DNA of 13,170 nucleotides from a virus (Duplodnaviria; Heunggongvirae; Uroviricota; Caudoviricetes): IMG/VR virus record IMGVR_UViG_2526164619_000007, positions 1 to 13,170 of that record; one strand, 5' to 3'. Shown piece by piece: positions 8,459 to 13,170 of this stretch (position 1 is its first letter; each line of letters starts with the position of its first letter). The notes under the pieces were generated by a model. It saw only the letters and a program-made list of their open reading frames with translations, ran no database searches and was not told where the DNA came from. The position numbers and the translations under genes were made by a program.

Positions 8459-8539
8459 CGACTTACTTAAGTAGCGCGCAGGGAGAAGAGGGATGGACCC
8501 CGAATAGGGGAGAGCTATTTATCTGGAAGGATTCTGAAG

Positions 8540-8827
8540 ATGAAAATCGAAGAATTGCGTGAAATTTTTAGTGAAAATGGCCTCTATGCTGTGCGCGTTG
8601 AGAATGGAGCGATTGTCAGCCATTGCCGCATTAGATGTTTGCAATCTCAACAAAGGAAGAGCGGTGCTGTGTTATTTTATTTTTGTAATGGACTTCTGAC
8701 GGACGGTTTTATTTTGCGTGAGGACGAATTTGTCACATCATTACGGGTTTTGAAAGAGATTGGTTTTAAGGCTGGTTTTCTGCTTTTGCTGAAGAATAAA
8801 CTCATCTACAATCTTGAGCAGGATTGA
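8540..8827 (+). CDS. Hypothetical prophage protein (95 aa)
   Basis: ORF MKIEELREIFSENGLYAVRVENG... with GGAAGG upstream; first gene after the candidate promoter. Confidence 0.5.
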   Translation: MKIEELREIFSENGLYAVRVENGAIVSHCRIRCLQSQQRKSGAVLFYFCNGLLTDGFILREDEFVTSLRVLKEIGFKAGFLLLLKNKLIYNLEQD

Positions 8828-8865
8828 ACTCCTGCTGTGTAACACCGTGCCACCGGAGAAAGCCG

Positions 8866-9465
8866 ATGGCGCATATACAACTGATCAAACAAACCTCTTC
8901 CGGATTACTTCTCCCGGCGACGCCGGAGAGTTGCGATTTTCTGCATCAAATCAAAACAGGTGAGTGGATACACGCAGACTTTAAGCGTGTGCGTAACTAC
9001 GCATTCCACAAGCGTTTTTTCAAACTCCTGCAACTGGGATTCGATTACTGGACTCCGATCGGTGGGGCGATTACGCCTCGCGAACGAGAACTGGTATCAG
9101 GCTTCGTTGAGTACCTGTGCGAATCAGTAGGCCGGGAACATATGCCAGCTCTGAGCGAAGCCGCAGAGCAATATCTGAATACAGTTGCGACACGCAGAAC
9201 CCGAGATACAGCATTGCTAAAGTCGTTTGAGGCTTTCCGCGAGTGGGTAACCATTCAGGCCGGATTTTACACCGAGCATATTTATCCGGACGGTAGCCGT
9301 GGGCGCAGGGCGAAATCCATCTCGTTTGCGAATATGGACGAAACCGAGTTTCAGCAGGTTTATAAATCTGTGCTGAATGTACTGTGGAACTGGATCCTGT
9401 TCCGTAAATTTTCCTCTCCGGAACAAGTCGAAAATGTGGCCGCGCAGCTACTGGAGTTTGCGTAA
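8866..9465 (+). CDS. DUF1367-like phage protein (nin-region protein)
   Basis: 199-aa ORF MAHIQLIKQTSSGLLLPATPESCDFLHQIKTGEWIHADFKRVRNYAFHKRFF... with GGAGA 6 nt upstream. Its stop overlaps the ATG of the ybcO-like gene (tAATG). Confidence 0.65.
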   Translation: MAHIQLIKQTSSGLLLPATPESCDFLHQIKTGEWIHADFKRVRNYAFHKRFFKLLQLGFDYWTPIGGAITPRERELVSGFVEYLCESVGREHMPALSEAAEQYLNTVATRRTRDTALLKSFEAFREWVTIQAGFYTEHIYPDGSRGRRAKSISFANMDETEFQQVYKSVLNVLWNWILFRKFSSPEQVENVAAQLLEFA

Positions 9466-9750
9466 TGGTGGATTTACGTAAAGCGGCGCGGGGGCAGATG
9501 TGCACCGTCAGAATTCCTGGCTACTGCAATCACGATCCGGAAACGTCTGTGCTGGCGCATTACCGACTGGCGGGAACGTGCGGAACAGCGATAAAGCCAC
9601 ACGATATGCAGGCAGCGATTGCGGTAATGACTCCAACTTACTGATAGTGTTTTATGTTCAGATAATGCCCGATGACCTTGTCATGCAGCTCCACCGATTT
9701 TGAGAACGACAGTGACTTCCGTCCCAGCCTTGCCAGATGTTGTCTCAGAT

Positions 9751-10140
9751 TCAGATTATGTCGCTCAATGCGCTGAGTGTAACGCTTGCTGATAACGTGC
9801 AGCTTCCCTTCAGGCGTGATTCATACAGCGGCCAGCCATCAGTCATCCATACCACGACCTCAAAGGCCGACAGCAGGCTCAGAAGACGCTCCAGTGTGGC
9901 CAGAGTGCCTTCACCGAAGACGTGCGCCACAACCGTCCTCCGTATCCTGTCATACGCGTAAAACAGCCAGCGCTGACGTGATTTAGCACCGACGTAGCCC
10001 CACTGTTCGTCCATTTCAGCGCAGACAATCACATCACTGCCCGGTTGTATGCGCGAGGTTACCGACTGCGGCCTGAGTTTTTTAAGTGACGTAAAACCGT
10101 GTTGAGGCCAACGCCCATAATGCGTGCACTGGCGCGACAT
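9751..10140 (-). pseudogene. insB: IS1 insB (copy 2), frameshifted
   Basis: A 1-bp deletion relative to copy 1 changes the InsB C-terminus (…[20 protein letters not shown]) and shortens the ORF to 129 aa. Confidence 0.7.
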
Positions 10141-10334
10141 CCGACGCCATTCATGGCCATATCAATGATTTTCTGGTGCGTACCGGGCTGAGAGGCGGTG
10201 TAAGTGAACTGTAGTTGCCATGTTTTACGGCAATGAGAGCAGAGATAGCGCTGATGTCCGGCAGTGCTTTTGCCGTTACGCACCACGCCTTCAGTAGCGG
10301 AGCAGGAAGGACATCTGATGGAAATGGAAGCCAC
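10059..10334 (-). CDS. insA: IS1 InsA (copy 2)
   Basis: Protein identical to the copy 1 InsA ORF. Confidence 0.9.
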   Translation of the reverse strand: MASISIRCPSCSATEGVVRNGKSTAGHQRYLCSHCRKTWQLQFTYTASQPGTHQKIIDMAMNGVGCRASARIMGVGLNTVLRHLKNSGRSR

Positions 10335-10988
10335 GCAAGCACCTTAAAATCACCATCATACACTAAATCAGTAAGTTGGCAGCATTACCAGCGATTGCCT
10401 GTAGCTCATGCCACGATTTAATCGACGGGCGGGTAAAAACAAGCGATTACACCAAAGAAGAATTACGCCTGATGCATGCAGAAGGTGTTTTTCGCACGCA
10501 AGAAATCTGGAGAAAGGAAGGTTATTTATGATTTACCCAACAAATACAGGCAAAAGCGGGGAACACCTTCGTCTCACCACGCTGGAAAGTGTCTGGATTC
10601 AGGGAAAACTGCGCATGTGGGGGCGCTGGTCGTATATTGGCGGCGGTAAGACGGGGAATATGTTCAACCAGTTGTTGGCCTCTAAAAAGCTGACAAAAAC
10701 GGCAATTAACGAGGCGCTCCGGAGGATGAAAAAAGCAGGTCTGAACAAGTCTGAACTTGAGGCTTTTTTGCGGGATATGATTAACGGTAAGCAAAAGAGC
10801 TGGCTGGCGCATTGTACTGATGCAGAGGCGTTATGTATTGATCGGGTCATAAGTGAGGTGCTGGCAGAGCATCCAGGATTGATTAGCGTCTTTCGGCAAC
10901 GGTATGAGGGGCGGGGTGAAGTGGCACACTGAATTTGGCCACCTGAACAGAGGTGATATGCTCACCTCAGAACAACACAGGTGCTCCA

Positions 10989-12157
<1,169 letters not shown>

Positions 12158-12412
12158 CCACTTCAGGGGATGACTAAACGCAAAATGGCTGAACTGCTGA
12201 ATGATGCACACCCGAAATGGAGTTTAAGAACCTGTGAAAGACGCATTGAGCATTGGCTAAAGGTGGCAGAATTTATTTTGTACAAACCAATGGTTATGGC
12301 TTTTGGTATAGAGAAAAAAGTTATTGCTTTTTGACGTAAAAACTGCCTCAATTCTTGTACGCTTCGCAAAGCTGTACCGCGAGGCGAATAGCAGACATGG
12401 ACATTTGAAAGA

Positions 12413-12436
12413 GCCCGCTTTATGCGGGTTTTTTTA
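12413..12436 (+). terminator. Rho-independent terminator (tR'-like position, after the Q-like gene and before the tRNAs)
   Basis: gcccgc-tttat-gcgggt hairpin followed by a 7-T run. Confidence 0.7.
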
Positions 12437-12485
12437 TACCTGAAAAACGGCACAGGACGTTAAACGTGCTGGTGGTCAGATGAGT

Positions 12486-12514
12486 TTGCAGATGTGATGA
12501 CATATGGTTATTAT
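12486..12514 (+). promoter_or_regulatory. Candidate promoter for the tRNA cluster (TTGCAG, 17-nt spacer, TATTAT)
   Basis: Hexamers at 12486-12491 and 12509-12514; the -10 ends 9 nt before the mature 5' end of the first tRNA. Confidence 0.3.
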
Positions 12515-12523
12515 TCTGCCTCC

Positions 12524-12600
12524 GGCCCTTTAGCTCAGTTGGTCAGAGCGAGCGACTCATAATCGCCAGGTCGCTGGTTCAAGTCCAGCAAGGGCCACCA
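12524..12600 (+). tRNA. tRNA with CAU anticodon, likely tRNA-Ile2 (lysidine type, ileX/ileZ-like) rather than Met
   Basis: 77-nt cloverleaf with acceptor GGCCCTT/AAGGGCC, anticodon loop CTCATAA and terminal CCA. T-arm matches my recollection of E. coli ileX. Confidence 0.85.
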
Positions 12601-12601
12601 A

Positions 12602-12678
12602 CCACCACTAGCTCATCCGGATAGAGCATCAACCTTCTAAGTTGACGGTGCGAGGTTCGAGTCCTCGGTGGTGGGCCA
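12602..12678 (+). tRNA. tRNA-Arg (anticodon UCU, reads AGA)
   Basis: 77-nt cloverleaf with acceptor CCACCAC/GTGGTGG, anticodon loop CTTCTAA and encoded CCA; starts 1 nt after the previous tRNA. Confidence 0.85.
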
Positions 12679-12680
12679 GC

Positions 12681-12756
<76 letters not shown>

Positions 12757-12759
12757 TAT

Positions 12760-12820
<61 letters not shown>

Positions 12821-13170
12821 TGAAGTGGCACACTGAATTTGGCCACCTGAACAGAGGTGATATGCTCACCTCAGAACAACACAGGTGCTCCAATGAAAAA
12901 AGAAATTTTAGCGCAGAGTTTAAACGCGAATCCGCTCAACTGGTTGTTGACCAGAAATACACGGTGGCAGATGCCGCCAAAGCTATGGATGTTGGCCTTT
13001 CCACAATGACAAGATGGGTCAAACAACTGCGTGATGAGCGTCAGGGCAAAACACCAAAAGCCTCTCCGATAACACCAGAACAAATCGAAATACGTAAGCT
13101 GAGGAAAAAGCTACAACGCATTGAAATGGAGAATGAATATAAAAGGACTACCGCGCTCTTGATGTCAGAC
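12821..13170 (+). mobile_element. IS911 copy 2, partial (runs off the window end), degenerate orfA
   Basis: Same left end as copy 1. A-run before agaaatttt is one base shorter (orfA frameshift at codon 3), one N-to-D substitution, and the A6G slippery region reads aatataaaagg. Confidence 0.9.

Larger units (their letters stand above)
9623..10389 (-). mobile_element. IS1 copy 2 (767 bp) with perfect 9-bp target-site duplication
   Basis: Same inverted repeats as copy 1. Duplication agcgattgc at 9614-9622 and 10390-10398. Differs from copy 1 by a 1-bp deletion (TTT to TT near 9817) and two substitutions. Confidence 0.95.
9465..10531 (+). pseudogene. ybcO: YbcO-like DUF1364 putative nuclease, split by IS1 (segments 9465-9622 and 10399-10531)
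   Basis: N-part MVDLRKAARGQMCTVRIPGYCNHDPETSVLAHYRLAGTCGTAIKPHDMQAAIA. After removing IS1 and one duplication copy the frame continues CSSCHDLIDGRVKTSDYTKEELRLMHAEGVFRTQEIWRKEGYL-stop (96 aa). Confidence 0.8.

Noticed and set aside
9071-9505. 144-aa minus-strand ORF (plus 9045-9254 and 9217-9426)
   Set aside because: Antisense to the DUF1367-like gene, which has SD and translational coupling to its neighbour; treated as shadow ORFs.
10408-10527. N-terminal extension of the Q-like ORF (track start 10408)
   Set aside because: The extension runs through the 3' end of the ybcO-like gene. The ATG at 10528 has an SD and ATGA coupling to the ybcO-like stop, so it is the more plausible start.
12331-12360. 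Late promoter assigned from the TTGACG -35-like hexamer at 12331-12336
   Set aside because: No acceptable -10 hexamer at 16-18 bp spacing (cttgta / ttgtac), so no promoter feature is called here.
12163-12453. 96-aa minus-strand ORF
   Set aside because: Spans the IS911 end, the Q-like 3' segment and the terminator hairpin on the opposite strand; no support.
12821-13170. Shiga toxin (stx) genes downstream of the tRNA block
   Set aside because: The architecture resembles the region upstream of stx in Stx phages, but the window ends inside IS911 and contains no stx-like coding sequence; no claim can be made.

Overview
This window reads as a degraded Rac-like lambdoid prophage of an Escherichia/Shigella-type genome, broken up by two IS1 copies and two IS911 copies. 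All calls rest on reading the sequence and recalled protein families; no searches were run. Left to right: an integrase C-terminal fragment cut by IS1 (1-1408); two small minus-strand phage ORFs; a RacR-like repressor divergent from ydaS/ydaT-like genes; a ydaU-like gene and a DnaB-family helicase, each split by a frameshift in a homopolymer run; four uncharacterised co-directional ORFs (5323-7073); a QueH/DUF208-like gene; a hok-family type I toxin locus with its terminator; a DUF1367-like gene; a ybcO-like gene split by IS1 with a perfect 9-bp target duplication; a putative Q-like antiterminator split by IS911 with a ggg duplication; an intrinsic terminator; three tRNAs (CAU, UCU, UGU) and a tRNA-Gly 5' fragment cut by a second, partial IS911 at the window end. 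No CRISPR array or stx genes are present. The most notable items are the prophage-borne QueH-like gene, the tRNA block bracketed by direct IS911 copies, the uncharacterised 5323-7073 operon, and the unusually high density of homopolymer frameshifts, which could be real decay or sequencing error.
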